Below, piece after piece: positions 25,149 through 37,576 of a stretch of DNA of 64,000 nucleotides. The DNA comes from Cenococcum geophilum (lineage: Eukaryota): the NCBI GenBank assembly GCA_050273025.1, contig CP158635.1, positions 9,734,001 to 9,798,000 of the forward strand, in the 5' to 3' direction. Positions within the stretch are counted from its first letter, which is position 1, and every line of letters begins with the position of its first letter. The position numbers and the translations under genes are program-made. Under the pieces are notes generated by a model. That model was not told the origin of the DNA, ran no database searches, and saw only the letters and a program-made list of their open reading frames with translations.

Positions 25149-26494
25149 AAGCCTATACTAGTAGCTCCGCTATCTATAAGAATTTATACTTCCTTTTATT
25201 TTCTAAGTATTTAAATTTCGCTAAGTATATTAAGGGAGTTATATTATATATTAGCGCTAAAGGAGCCTAGACACTTATACTCTTCTACTTTTTATCCTAA
25301 GGCGCAACTTAGCTCTAGGATAATTTATTTTCTAAGTTAACTAAAGGTAATATACTTTATAACAACTAAGTATAATTTATAGAGTAAGTATAATTTAAAG
25401 ACTAGAAGGAACTACGACGGACCTTTTTAAAAGGGTAAGTTTAATAATTTCTTTAAATATATCCCTTTTTACTGTATTTAAAGCATTCTCTATTTATAGC
25501 TTAAGTTCTTTATTTATTAGTTCCTAAGGGTGTATAGGATTAAGCGGTATTAAGGTCTATAGGGTTATATATAGGGCTTTTAGGTTTTAGAGACGGATCA
25601 CGCTTTAGGGTATATATTGGTTTTATAGAGTTCTAAATATAAGGTATAGTTAACTTTAGAAAACGAGTCTATTTATTATATTAAAGGTCCTTATTAATTT
25701 ATTAATATATTATAGCAAATTCGGATAGGTTTTTCAGTAGTTTTCTACCTACTAATTAAGCTTTAATCTTATCCAAAATAGCTTATTAAAGGGTAGTAAC
25801 TCTAGCGGCTTTATTCTAATCTAGTTCGCTAATAAGGCCTAAAAATTCCAAAAAGAAGCTAGTAAAGTCTTGGTTCCGTTATTATAAGTTTTTAAGTTTA
25901 ATAACAGCTATATATTCGCGGCTAGCGTTATTATACGTTTATTCTAGTAGAGAAATAAAGATTTTAAAATTAATAAAGGTGCTGTTATAAAAGAATGGAT
26001 CTATAGTATATATAGCGTCTTTGCTTAAATAAGACATTCTATAGCTAACCTTGCTAGCTTTAGTAGGGTATTAGTTATAGTTCGTTAAAAGTTTAAGACA
26101 GAGCTTAATTATAAAGGGATATAGGTCGTTTTAATTTTTATTAAATATTAGAGAATTAAGGAGCTTTTTAGATTTTATAGCGAGTATTAAATTCATTATA
26201 GATATAGGTTAAGTTACTATTACTAGTTTAAAGTTCGCGTTTAAGGGTCTAGGCTTAGATATAGTTATATTAATTTTATTTATAGGCGGTGTTAGGGTCT
26301 CTAATATAAATGCTTTAATATTACAGAGTTCTTTATAGATTGCTTCTATTAATTATTAATACTAGGCTTCTAGTGCAGCCTACTGCTAAGCTAAGGCATC
26401 TATAAAGGACTATTATATTATAGTTAACTGTTCCCTAACTAGGGATATAATACTTATAGTTATATTTAAATATAATAAAATTAAAACTTGTATA
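25149..26494 (-). mobile_element. Ty3/gypsy gag fragment (element E)
   Basis: De-RIPed KSEKLPDPPMFDG....L.PF..KL.LKL..N.D.YPTEASKVSY at ~26040-26180, typical of fungal gypsy gag. Confidence 0.65.
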
Positions 26495-26509
26495 TTTATA
26501 TTATAAATA

Positions 26510-27643
26510 TTATTATTATTATTATTATTAATTCTATTTATTGCCCGATTCGGTCCCTTTTCTAGGTCCATGCAGGCTTCTACCTTCTATATATAGGAAA
26601 AACCCCTAAGGGGGAAAACCTAGGTTTGTCCTTCTAGCTAGTCTTACGCGCTCCGCCTGCGCCTAGCCTATATACCTTTATATTACGTCTGCCTTTTAAA
26701 CTATGCTTCTAAGGTATCTTAGAAGGTCTAGGGGGGGGTAGGAGGGTTCGGCGGTTTGCCTGTGAGCCGCCTTTAACTAGGCGGGGGTGTCCAGTCTTTA
26801 AGGGACTAGAAGGGGGCGTATCCTTCGGTATCCTCCTGTTGGATCTCATTTGCAGTCTAGAACTACTAGAGGACTTCTTAGCCTATAAGCTATTGTGCTA
26901 CTACGTATAGGCCCCTACTTATAGAAAGCATTCGGGTAATATTATTTGTGCCTACTCTAGTAAATAGCTAGTCTCTTACAGTACGGTAGTTACAGAAGAG
27001 TAGTATATAGCGCACTAACTATATAGGCCATCCGCACGTGTAGTGTGGTGTAGTATTTAGCACATAGATGCTTACCAGCTACGCGTTTAGTCCTAGGACC
27101 TCTATCCTTAGTAGGAATGCGGCCGTGGATTCTGCCTTCGTCTGTCCTTCGTATAGGGGGAGAGTAGGTATCGTCCATGGGGTGTTCCATGTGGCAGCCC
27201 TCTGTGCTTTTACCGCCTTCTTCCAGCGTCGCTTCCACTTAATGTCTGCCCATCTTGCGATGTATATAGTAGATCTCCACTTGTGCTGGTGGCCTCCTAT
27301 CCTCTATCGCCGTGGTGGTGCTCCACCGGCGTGGCGCCGGGTCTCCGCTTGGTGTTGTAGTAGCTTCCGTATTTCCTGTTCTCTCTCTACCGCTCGTAGG
27401 CGAAGGGCTTCCTGGCTTATGGGCTTAGGCGCGTTCCCTCTTTGGGGGGCCCTTGCTCCTCGTATACGTTCTAGTGTTTGGCGTATATCCTTCTCTACTG
27501 GGTGGCCTTGTACTGTGGCTGCTCTCTGCATAGCAATTGTGTCTGTATATATGTCTAGTAGTAGTACTGCTGCTTCGCGTTCCAGTGCGGCACGTGGTGT
27601 CCTCTTGTAGGCCCATGTGATTCTGCGTAGGCATTGGTTTTGT
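26510..27643 (-). mobile_element. 5'-truncated Tad1-like LINE (ORF2 C-terminus, 3' UTR, trinucleotide tail)
   Basis: 15-bp TSD TTTATATTATAAATA (26495-26509, 27644-27658). (TAT)n tail at 26510-26530. Translation WKRRW...LYEGQTKAESTAAFLLR.EVLGLNA...GWP.Q.VRHILLFC. Confidence 0.85.
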
Positions 27644-27670
27644 TTTATATTATAAATAAGTTTTTAATAT

Positions 27671-27875
27671 TGTCGGAATATATGGACAGAGGTTGAGGTC
27701 GAGGTCGAGGTCGAGGTTGAGGTATTCGTGTCTTTGATTAGTCATCCTTATGATGACTCATCAGCCCCCTACTTAGGCACAGCGATCCTTACGATCCTCT
27801 GCTTCCTTTACCTATTAAACACCAGACAAATCTACGATTAATAGACCATACAAGTGCACTTGGGTGATACCGACA
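27671..27875. mobile_element. Solo LTR
   Basis: TGTCGG...CCGACA termini with a 5-bp TSD AATAT on both sides. Internal (GAGGTC)n repeat. Confidence 0.85.
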
Positions 27876-28854
27876 AATATAATAAATATAAAAATCTAGT
27901 ATATATAAAAGCAAACCTTTTTAGTTTATATTATAAAAATTTTTTTTTTTTATAAACCATTTTATTAACTATATAATAAGCTATATTTAAACTTTTATAT
28001 TAATAGCTACTATAATAGTTAAGTTATAAATATTTTTTAAAAAAAACTATTAAATGGTTTTTAGTACTATATACAAACTAATTATATAGACAAGCCGGTT
28101 ACCTATATATTAAAAAAACTTATATATATAATATAGCTATATAATAGCCCTATTAATAGCTTTATTAATAATTTTTATTTTTATTAAAAAAGTACTATTT
28201 TAACTTAATTTTAAGCATATATATATTACAATTTTTTATAATTTTTTTATATAAAAATATAATTTAAGTATTAAATAAGTTATATTATATATATATATTA
28301 GAGCCTTATATTTATTATATTAAGGTATAAAATATATTATTATAAAAAAAGAACTTCTACTTTAAAATAAATTTTTATAAATTTTAGATTTTCTATATTT
28401 AACTTTTAATACAAGGTAGCTATAATATAGCTACTATATAGAGTTAATAGAGAAGCTAAAGAGCTTTTACCTTGTAGTATTTTTAAGATCATTAGATATA
28501 GAAAAGGTGACAAGGTTTAGCAGTGACTTAATGATCTGTGGTTAATTACTTAAATCGCGACTAAAAAGCTCTTAGACGCTTCGCAGAGAATTTAAGGGGC
28601 ACGTGCTCTCCCCCCATTCTCACCCACGAAGCATCCGATTTATAAGATAAGCGTAAAACTGGCATGTAAAATCGCCGGTCATATGGATTCGGGTTCCGGT
28701 TTCCGGAGAGCGCGTGGATGGAATGTAGAGGGACCAGTGAGCGGGGAAGAGGGGGGAGTGATAAATAATGAGGAGAGGGCGGGTAGGGGTAAGCACTGTG
28801 GTTTTTTTTAGGGGGGGGACTGTGAAGTTGTCGATAATATATGGGCAATTTAAG

Positions 28855-31800
28855 TGTTGGTATAACTCTCTTTATCAACGTGCACAAATATCACTTATAG
28901 TGGTACGTATACGGTGTTAAAGTTAGTAGTTGATTGTTATCTAGAAGAAAGGGGTTACTCTAAGGTCAGACAGTTAGTCTTGCTTCGTAGTCCCGTGACT
29001 ACGTTATGTGATTAATGTTCTGACACTAGAGCAACTCTAAAAAGAAGGCTAATCTACACTCTAAAGTCAAGTCTTTTAGACTACTCGTAACGTATACGCA
29101 ATAGCGACTTTCTGCCAAATTCTGCTATATTACCAAATTCTGCCAAATTCTGCCAAATTCTGCTATAATACCGAATTCTGCCAAATTCTGCCGAACCTAA
29201 CTTTATCCCCAGGATGGAAAATTGCTATTGGCTTGCTTAGTACTAGCGCCGACGCTAAACTAAAGTTGAATCCGTTCGCTTAACCTACCCTACGGCCCGT
29301 AATTCGACTTAATTTGTGTTAATAAGCTATAATAGTGCCGTATAGGGCTTACCCTTTATTATAGCGTCCGTAGGGTTAGTATCTCTATTAATTTACTTAA
29401 CTTTAGTAATCTGTCTTTGTTTATAAGCTTAGCAAAGGCATATTATATTAATTATTAAGCGTTTCTCTTACGTAGTTCCTAGTTGGATAAGACAGTTATA
29501 TAAAGACTTTAAATTAGTATAGAGAACGAGTGGCAAGTTAACCTATAAGACCTTATTTAGCGTGGATTTAATTACAGCGCCTATATTAAAACTATGCGCT
29601 ATACTGTATAACTTTAAGGCTAATACACTCCTAGTGACTCTTTTGTACTTAATTAAGGACCAATAAATAATATTTATCTTATTTAAGGCGTCTGCTAGTA
29701 TAAGTATATAGCCAATTTACGAAGATAAGTCCTTATTATTGGCAAAGGAAGCGTCTATAAATACTAGGAGTTGTAAGGTATTAACGTCTAGCTTAATAAA
29801 CTTTAGGCCTCTATTTGCGTTCTTAATCTACTAGCTTAATTGCTTATTAAGACTCTTTATATTATCTTTAACTAGGTTAATTACCTAGGTAGTAAAGAAT
29901 AGGTTAAATAAGGCCTCTAGCTAACAGACTGAGGCGATATAGGCTTCTTTAGCGCGTTAAGTAATATACTAGTTCTTTAGCATAAGTAGGCTATGCGTAA
30001 CTCCTCTAGAGCTAGTGCTATTTACTAGCGTAGTGTTAACCACACTAAGGTTCTTATACTGGCGCTTTTGTGTTAGCGTAATACTCCCGTCTTATATTAA
30101 TTAAATAAGTCCTCCGTTAAACTTAATTAGTATATTAGCGGTTAATTGCTCTCGCTTCTTAGCTATAAATTTGGCCTTATATAGTTCGCTTTATTTAGCC
30201 TTTATAAAGGTATTATCTATAAGGAATAGTGTATTATTAGTCTATAGGCCAACAATTCCAAAAGGCTTATTACTGTAGAGTAAGCAAGGGTTATACATAG
30301 ACTGGTCCATTTATAGCTGATTAACGTGGTATAAATAGTAGGTCTTAAACTAGTGGTTTCTAGCTTTAGGTACTCTATAAAGTAGCTTTATAACTTTTAG
30401 AATGGAGTCCGTATTAATTCCTAATTGTTTATTTAGCTTATATGGTGGTTATATATAGAACTCGCGGTTTAGGTTTATAGTAGACTAGACGTAGGCTTAT
30501 AAGATATCTTAGAGGTAGAGTTATATCTGCGGTAGCATAGCAGCGATATAGAGAATTAGCCGCTAGCTAACCCGTTAAATTATTGGTAACTAAGTAAGGA
30601 CTAGCTCTTTCTTTAAATTATTATAGGCCTATATAATAAATTGTGATTTCTTAAAGGCTCTATTAGTTCCTTTATTCTTAATCTTATTAATAAACCGTAA
30701 GTTAAAGAGTTTAACCCCCTTTAGCATATTATATAGCTTAATAATCTTAAAGACGCCTTTCTTAAGTAGGCCTATGACCTCCTTTTATTATAAAGCGCTA
30801 AATTAGGTGTTATTATCGTTCTATAAGTAGATAGCGATATTAGCAATATTTGCAATATCACCCGTAAAAGCACCTATATCTATTATAGCGTCTATAGTAG
30901 CCGTGTCTATAACGGCCGTAAGTAATAGGTATTTATAGGGGCGACCTCTGCCTCGCTTTAGCGGTAGCTATAGTTTAGCTTTAGGTAATAATTAAGGTTT
31001 AGCTGGTAAAGGTACTAGTTTAGCTAATTTAATAGGCTCTTATGGTTCGACTAGGTCTTATAGGTTTAGTAAGTAAGGTTTTACAACTATAGAGCGGAAG
31101 GTTATAGGCCTATTTGGTAGCTTTACGGTATAGGTTTTACCGTTAACGGTAAGTAGCGTATATAGCCTATCCCAATAACCACTCTGGCTAATATTGCCTT
31201 CTCTCTAGACTAAGACAGGCGAACTAGGTGGGAGGCCGTAAATGGCGTTAGTTTGTGGTCTGTTTCGCATATTAAGAGCGTTAGCAATCTATTATTTAGC
31301 TCATAGCTTCTAGATTTCTACTATTGCTTTCTTAATGGCCGTAGCTCGCTGTGTAACTAAAGGTAATAGCGCGTCTAATTTAACCATTTGGGGGTAGGCT
31401 CTAAAGACTAGGAGTGTAGGGATTAGGCCTTCTAGGCCAGCCGTGTTATTAATAGCTTTAAAGGCCATTTATAGGGCTATCTCCTTGCTAATTTTAGGGA
31501 TTTTAGTCGTAATAATTTGGTAGGCTCGTTATAGTGGACCGTAGTAGCGCTCTACCATTTTAATGGAATTATGTAATTTGACTAGAACTAACTTTATAGT
31601 TACTCCTATAGTGGTAGCGTAGTACTTAAACTCCTTACTAACAAAGTTCTTCCTAGTGTCTGTGGTAATTAGGTCTAGTAGTCCTAAATAGCTATTAATC
31701 TAGCACATCCGTAGAATGTCCTAAGTATGCTTGGCGCTAATATCTCGTAGCTATCTACCAGCTTAAAATTAAGTTGCTTCGTTAACTACGTGTAGTAGGG

Positions 31801-34800
31801 GGGAGCCGCTAATATATATAATATCGACGATAATATTATAATTAAAATTAACGTTATCTTATAGGGTGAAGCGAAATCTACCTGAAGATCTGCTATACTT
31901 TTAGCAATAGTGGCAGAGTCTAGTTAGCTCTTTAATAGCGGATCTATTAGTATTATAGCCGTGGCCAGCCTTATTAAGAAGCTTTTGCAGTTTATTAACT
32001 AATAGGTAACTAAATTAATAGTGTAGACGTCGTAGTTCTACGTTAGTTAAGTAGTAAGGGTTTATATTAAAAGACTCGACTAAATAGGACTATAAGGAGA
32101 AGCTTTATAAGAGAAATAGGTGGCCAAATTGTCTAACTACTAGCACCCTTTTAGTGCGAGTAATAATAACGTCCTTTAGGTTATCGTATTTAATATAAAG
32201 TCTATCTATATCTACTAAGCAAAGTAGGAAAGAGGTATCTGCTTTAATAATATGGAATTATACCTTGCCTATAGGGCTGTTAACGTCTATAGTTCTAATA
32301 GACGTAGATACTCTAATTCCGAATTAGATAGTTACTTAACCCTTAGTTAACGTGTTAAGACTTATAGACTTATCTACGGCCTATAGAGCTTAGAATTGGC
32401 TATAGCTAGCCGTAGACTTACGCGAAGCACCCGTATTAATTATAATTCCTATAAAGACCGTCGAGGTATATCGTAACGCTGTAGTTATAGCCGTACTATA
32501 GGCAAATAGGTTAGTCTCCGTGTAAGGTTCCGTGGTAGACTCCGTAGTAAGTTCTAAAGCCGTAAATAAGTATATATAAGCCTTATTAGCTAGCTCTACG
32601 CTTATAGAGGTTGCTTTCTCTATAGTAAGTATTCTAAAGGTAGTAATATAGGCAGAACTATTGTTAGGTTCTCTGGCATCGTTCCTAAAGTTGTTAGCGT
32701 CTTTAGCATCTTATATATAGGCTTTAAAGTCTAAATTATTATCTTTATCTTTTTCGCAAGCAGCGACGTATTACTTAAAGTAGTTATTAAAGTTACCCTT
32801 ATTATGGCCCTTAATATTAGTAAAGCGTCTCTTATAATTATCTCTAGACTAATTATACTCCTTCTCTATATATTTCTACGAACGGCAGTCCTCCTTCTTA
32901 TAGACGTAGCACTTGGCCTTTAGTCTGCCGTTAGTTCTATAGGGGTAATTACTACCATAGTAGTTGGTGTTTTGGTCTTAATTCTGGTTATTTCGGTAGT
33001 AGTATTAATCCATAAAAAAAAGCTTAGTAAGACGATCTTATTAAGGCCTATAGGGGGTGTTCTTTTTTCTATATAATAATAGAGGATTATAGTTTATTAA
33101 TTAACTAAGAGAGGTCTTTTAAAGGGTTAGAGATAGTAATATGGTATACTGGTACTCCCTAGCAAGCAGTAACTAGCTTATTTATAAGAATACGGTTTAT
33201 ATAGAAGTCTAAGTATAGTCTATAATATTGTTTTAGTAGCTTATTTATAAGCAGTTAGAAGTTCTAATAGATTAACTTATTAGGGTTCTCGTCCATAACT
33301 CCTTAGAGGGTCATACTGTTCTACTCCGTAAGGTTCTTGCGGTAGTATTCTAGCCCTTTAAAGAACTGTTATATATAGTTATAGGCTTCCGTAAAAGGTC
33401 TTAACTTAAGGTTACTATTATAGTAGTGGTCCTAAGTAAGCCCTTTTAGCATGCTAGGGAATACTACTGTGTAGCCTTCTAGTGGTAAGCCAGATCTCTT
33501 ACAGATGTTATAGAAGATAGTTAACTTAAAGTTAAAGCTGTCACTAACTCTATTGTACTTTTAATTATTTATATAGATTTTTGCAATTATAGCTACCTCC
33601 TTACTATATCCAGGCCCTTACCTAGGTCCTTACTCTACACTAGGCACGACTAGTTTAGGTAGTATATATATAGGTAGCTGTTATAGCTGCTGTAGTTGCT
33701 GTAACTATAGTAATTAGTTAATAAAAGTGTGGATTTAGTTATATTAGAGGATTAAGGACCGGGAGGGGTAGTAGGGGTAGTAGGGGTAGCGATTGGAGTA
33801 GCTGGCGGTACAGCAATTAGAGTAGCTAGTGGTGCAGTAATTAGAGTAGTTGGCGGTACAGCAGTTAGAATAGCTAGTAGAAGAGCTAGTGATGCTTATA
33901 TAGCTAGTAAGGGACTATAGAAAGGTATTAACGCCGGTAGAGCTATAGTAAGCTTATCTAAGGTTAAATTAAGTTAGTCTTGTAAAGCCACAGTAATTAT
34001 TAGCTTAATATTATTAAGGGCTAGACCAATCTCTTCGTCCGTCTATTTATAAAACTCTTCTTCTTAAAGAAGGTTAAATAGTGCTTCTAAGATTAAATAT
34101 CTGTTATTATACTTTCCAATATACACTCCTCTCTTAAGTAGATGGATACGTAACTTTACTCTTATATCGGTTCGCATACGTTTAAAATCCTTAGTAGTAA
34201 AGCCTTTAAATTCCTCCTTAAATACTATCCATAGTGTATAGTCTATAAAGTTCTCCTATGTATATATATAGACCTTTATTACTATATAGTCTCCTAGCTT
34301 ATCTTTAAAAGCTATAGAAATAGTAATTCTATTACTATACTTTAATATTTTTTCTTGCTACTCTATTATAGTGTAAAGCAATATACGTTTAGGTAGAGGT
34401 TATAAAGATTTAAGGTTCGAGATTTAAGGTTTAAGGTTAAGGTTAAGGTTAAGGGTTAAGGTTAAGGTTAAGGTTAAGGGTTAAGGTTAAGGTTAAGGTT
34501 AAGGGTTAAGGTTAAGGTTAAGGTTAAGGGTTAAGGTTAAGGTTAAGGTTAAGGGTAGTATATATGTTCTCTACAGCCGTTAGGCCTATAAAGTATTCTT
34601 AGCAAGATTGCTATTCTCTTAGCGATCTATTATATTAGCTATAAAGCTAGTATAAATTCTCTTAAGCTTAAGGGAGGTCGTAATCTTCTCTAAGTAAAGA
34701 TATAATTCTCTAGGCGATTTAACGCGTTAGCAGTTAAGTTAATATGTAGTCTTGAGCTTTAAGGGTAATATAGCTTTCTCCTTTAATAAAATAGATAAGA

Positions 34801-35055
34801 ACTAGGCAATCGTGAACTGTTTCTAGTACTACTTCTTAAGCGCTAGCTATTGCGTATTTCCTAATCTATACGTTTACTAATCAGTGTTAGTATAACTCTC
34901 TTTATCAACGTGCACGAATATCACTTGTAGTGGTACGTATGCGGTGTTGAAGTTGGTAGTTGATTGTTATCTAGAAGAAAGGGGTTACTCCAAGGTTAGA
35001 CAGTTAGTCTCGCTTCGTAGTCCCGTGACTACGTCACGTGATTAATGTTCCGACA
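28855..35055 (-). mobile_element. Full-length Ty1/copia retrotransposon, RIP-mutated
   Basis: 171-bp LTRs at 28855-29025 and 34885-35055. TSD TTAAG on both sides. RT motif KPLYGVPEAGNHWF at ~30350-30395. Integrase lies before RT. Confidence 0.95.
34425..34554. repeat. (TTAAGG)n microsatellite with a 25-bp higher-order unit in the copia 5' leader
   Basis: TTAAGG x3 plus TTAAGGG, repeated about five times. Confidence 0.9.
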
Positions 35056-35495
35056 TTAAGGTTATGAGGTAAATTGGATATTCGAAGCCATTGGGATTTT
35101 TGCAGATGTGATGACTGAGGAATTGTCCAGGCAACAATGCAGAGAGTGTTGATGCTCCAGATCTACTTAATATCGGATCTGGTTTTGTAATTCCAAAATT
35201 TCTGAAATGGACGGCATATGTGAGGGCTAATGCCCGTGTATATTGCCCAGTAGAAAGCCCAAATCTGTTCACCGTGACTTAATTTACACCACATTCTTCG
35301 AACAACTTTCAGTTTGCTAGATCCTTGCTAGCTGTTTGGGGTTATTGACTAGCTATATTTCAAATAAAGTGTGATCGGAGGTTAATTGAAACTAAGCTAC
35401 ATAACAGCAGTATAAGTAGACGTTGATACAAACTGCCAAGCTCGGCGGCCAATGGCTCGGGTCCATCGGCAGTGACCGGCAATTCTTCGTTGCTG

Positions 35496-37054
35496 TCAAT
35501 TTGTGCCTGGCAAGAATGCAGCTGCGATACAAGTTTGACCCTCCTCCAGGACCTCGCCTTCTCCTCCGGGTGGGTATTTCGCCACATATCGCAGATTGCG
35601 TCCGTCCACCGTGATGACCAGGTCGAACTCCACTCTATAATGCTTCCTGCCCTTTTCTCCTGGGGCTGGCGTAACAACTTGTATCAGATTCTCTCTTCGA
35701 AGAAACGTCATATCCACGACAATCTCACCAGCTAATTCGGCTCCTATATAGGTTTTAGAGAAAGAGAATGCTGGAGTTTTAGTGGAAGTTTCATACCCTT
35801 ATTCTTCTCGTCAGACTTTCGGTAGCTTGACTCAGTACTAGTGTCCGAAACATATAGCTGCTCTTTACACACAAATTCCTGGTTTCGTCCAGCTGGGAAG
35901 GTGTGGCACATTCGGAGAGGCTCATATACTTTCCCAGCATTCACCAATTCACCCTATTGAATCATAAATGGAAAGATCAAATTACAGTTTTTCTTCATCC
36001 TGGATTTTACTTACCTTCTTTACGACCCAATCGATCGTGTTCTTAACGTATGGGTTTCCATCGAGAGGGTCATACCACGGCCTCACAACCCGGTGGGCGG
36101 GGGTCACCTGGGGCTCATAAAATTCGGTGCGAAGGAATCCATAACTCGAAGGAATAAGGCGAGCTGGGCCATCCTCTTTATTCAACGCTCGGAGGACAGC
36201 TCCAGAAGCGACTGCCGTACCTCTTTAACCAATTAGTTTCAATAACAAGTCTCCGGAAATTCTAACATACGGGGTTTCCGGTCGGAGCAATCTGATTTCC
36301 GACCCATAGATTTTGGAGAGCTTGAGGAGCTCTTTCTCCAGAAACCATTTAAGCGATGGCGATGCAGCAAAGCCTCCAATCAGTATTACTTTCTACCCCA
36401 CTGTCAGCCATTCCTCTCCACAGTTTTCAAAGTATAAAGATATATAGCCTTACATGTACCTCAAGACCCTGAACTCTGGCAAGTTCAAGTTGTTCGGTCA
36501 TAACATTTGACACACCTCTGAGGCATGGCACCACCGCCACTATTATTGTCATCACCAAGGAACCCACCAGCCCCTTCGATTCTCGGATCGTCTTCACAAA
36601 TCGGCCCTGTATGCTCCTCCCCATCGTTCAAATATTCACCAGCAGATCTTTCGCTTTCCATAAGTATCAATTTCTCGGCTTCTCTAAAATTTGGATCTGT
36701 AGGATACCACATCTCAGTTGGAACCTCTCTCGCCTGGCCACCATTCGTGGATTGGTCGTCTGGATAGTTTTTGATACTTCGGATGCGCCGCCCACCTATG
36801 AGCTGGGGTTGTTCCTGGCTTTCAATAGCGACAAATGATACTGAAGAGAAGGTCGTGCCGAAATCGACCGCAACAATAAATCGAGGTTTAGATGTATCTA
36901 TTTCAGGTAAAGTATCTATATCTCGCATTTCAGTGTCCTCCGGTTCAGCAGTCACTCGAAACGAATCACATGGAAAGGTTGACGATGGGACCATAGACTG
37001 CCGGCCTAGAGTGACAGATGAAGCCACAGAGGGCGCTCGTGTCGAAGCGAACAT
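35496..37054 (-). pseudogene. Atypical Hsp70 (HSPA12-like, actin-fold ATPase) gene with a large internal deletion and frameshift
   Basis: N-terminal IVAVDFGTTFS and EVPTEMWY. C-terminal exons give PCLRG...|KVILIGGFAASPSL|AVASGAVLRAL..SSYG... GT-AG introns at 36393-36453, 36223-36270, 35954-36014 and 35744-35796 splice in frame. The central lobes (the TVP, EPEAA and DxGGGT motifs) are absent, and the frame changes at ~36530. Confidence 0.85.
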
Positions 37055-37576
37055 GTCGCCAGTTGGTCAATTACTAGATAGAATCGAAACGATAAGGATG
37101 AGCAGATTGCAAGGAGAAGAGGTTGAAGAAACGGATACTGAGGACCTGCTCTTTACCAAGATCTTGAAATCTATCACGGGCTGCGCTATCCCAAATGGCA
37201 GGATTTAACCAGCAGTTCAATTACAATGCCCAATCATGTTTGCCGTGGCTTCAGCTGTATGCATGGGCGCAGCGTCATTTCTGATGAGTCAACGGTCGAA
37301 ACGAACTCTGCTTGAAATTCCGCGCAGGACATGCAGCATAAATTGCGGCACAGCAGAGCGCTTGCGCCCCCTGCCCCGCCCCACAGTTTCATTATGAACT
37401 CAACAACCAGTCAGCTCGAAACTAACTAGTTCAGAACCTCGGTATCGCAATCTTTCGTATCGTACACAGCCCAGCTCGCTTGAAGTGAGGCTTTCCGCCG
37501 AATGTCCGAGCGGCCTAAAGAATAACACGCTTCACAAACGAACTTCGAATACCGATACATTACTGTGGTATGAACT
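37055..37576. promoter_or_regulatory. Putative bidirectional promoter (522 bp) between the divergent genes
   Basis: Lies between ATGs at 37054(-) and 37577(+). Contains TGAGTCA (Gcn4/AP-1-type) at 37285-37291 and a CCCCGCCCC box near 37374. Function of these motifs is untested. Confidence 0.5.

Noticed and set aside
27068..27610. 180-aa plus-strand ORF
   Set aside because: It is the antisense shadow of the less-mutated LINE ORF2 fragment.
27880..28440. Extremely AT-rich tract as centromere or origin
   Set aside because: More simply explained as RIP-saturated TE remnant. There is no independent support.
29105..29195. CRISPR-like or iteron-like short repeats (also 25005-25070)
   Set aside because: These are 9-10-bp head-to-tail repeats without unique spacers, inside retroelement UTR/LTR sequence of a eukaryote.
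34425..34554. Interstitial telomere or telomere-addition site
   Set aside because: The unit is TTAAGG, not TTAGGG. It lies inside a copia leader and is the expected RIP product of (GGTCGA/GGTTGA)n, like the repeat in the solo LTR at ~27690.
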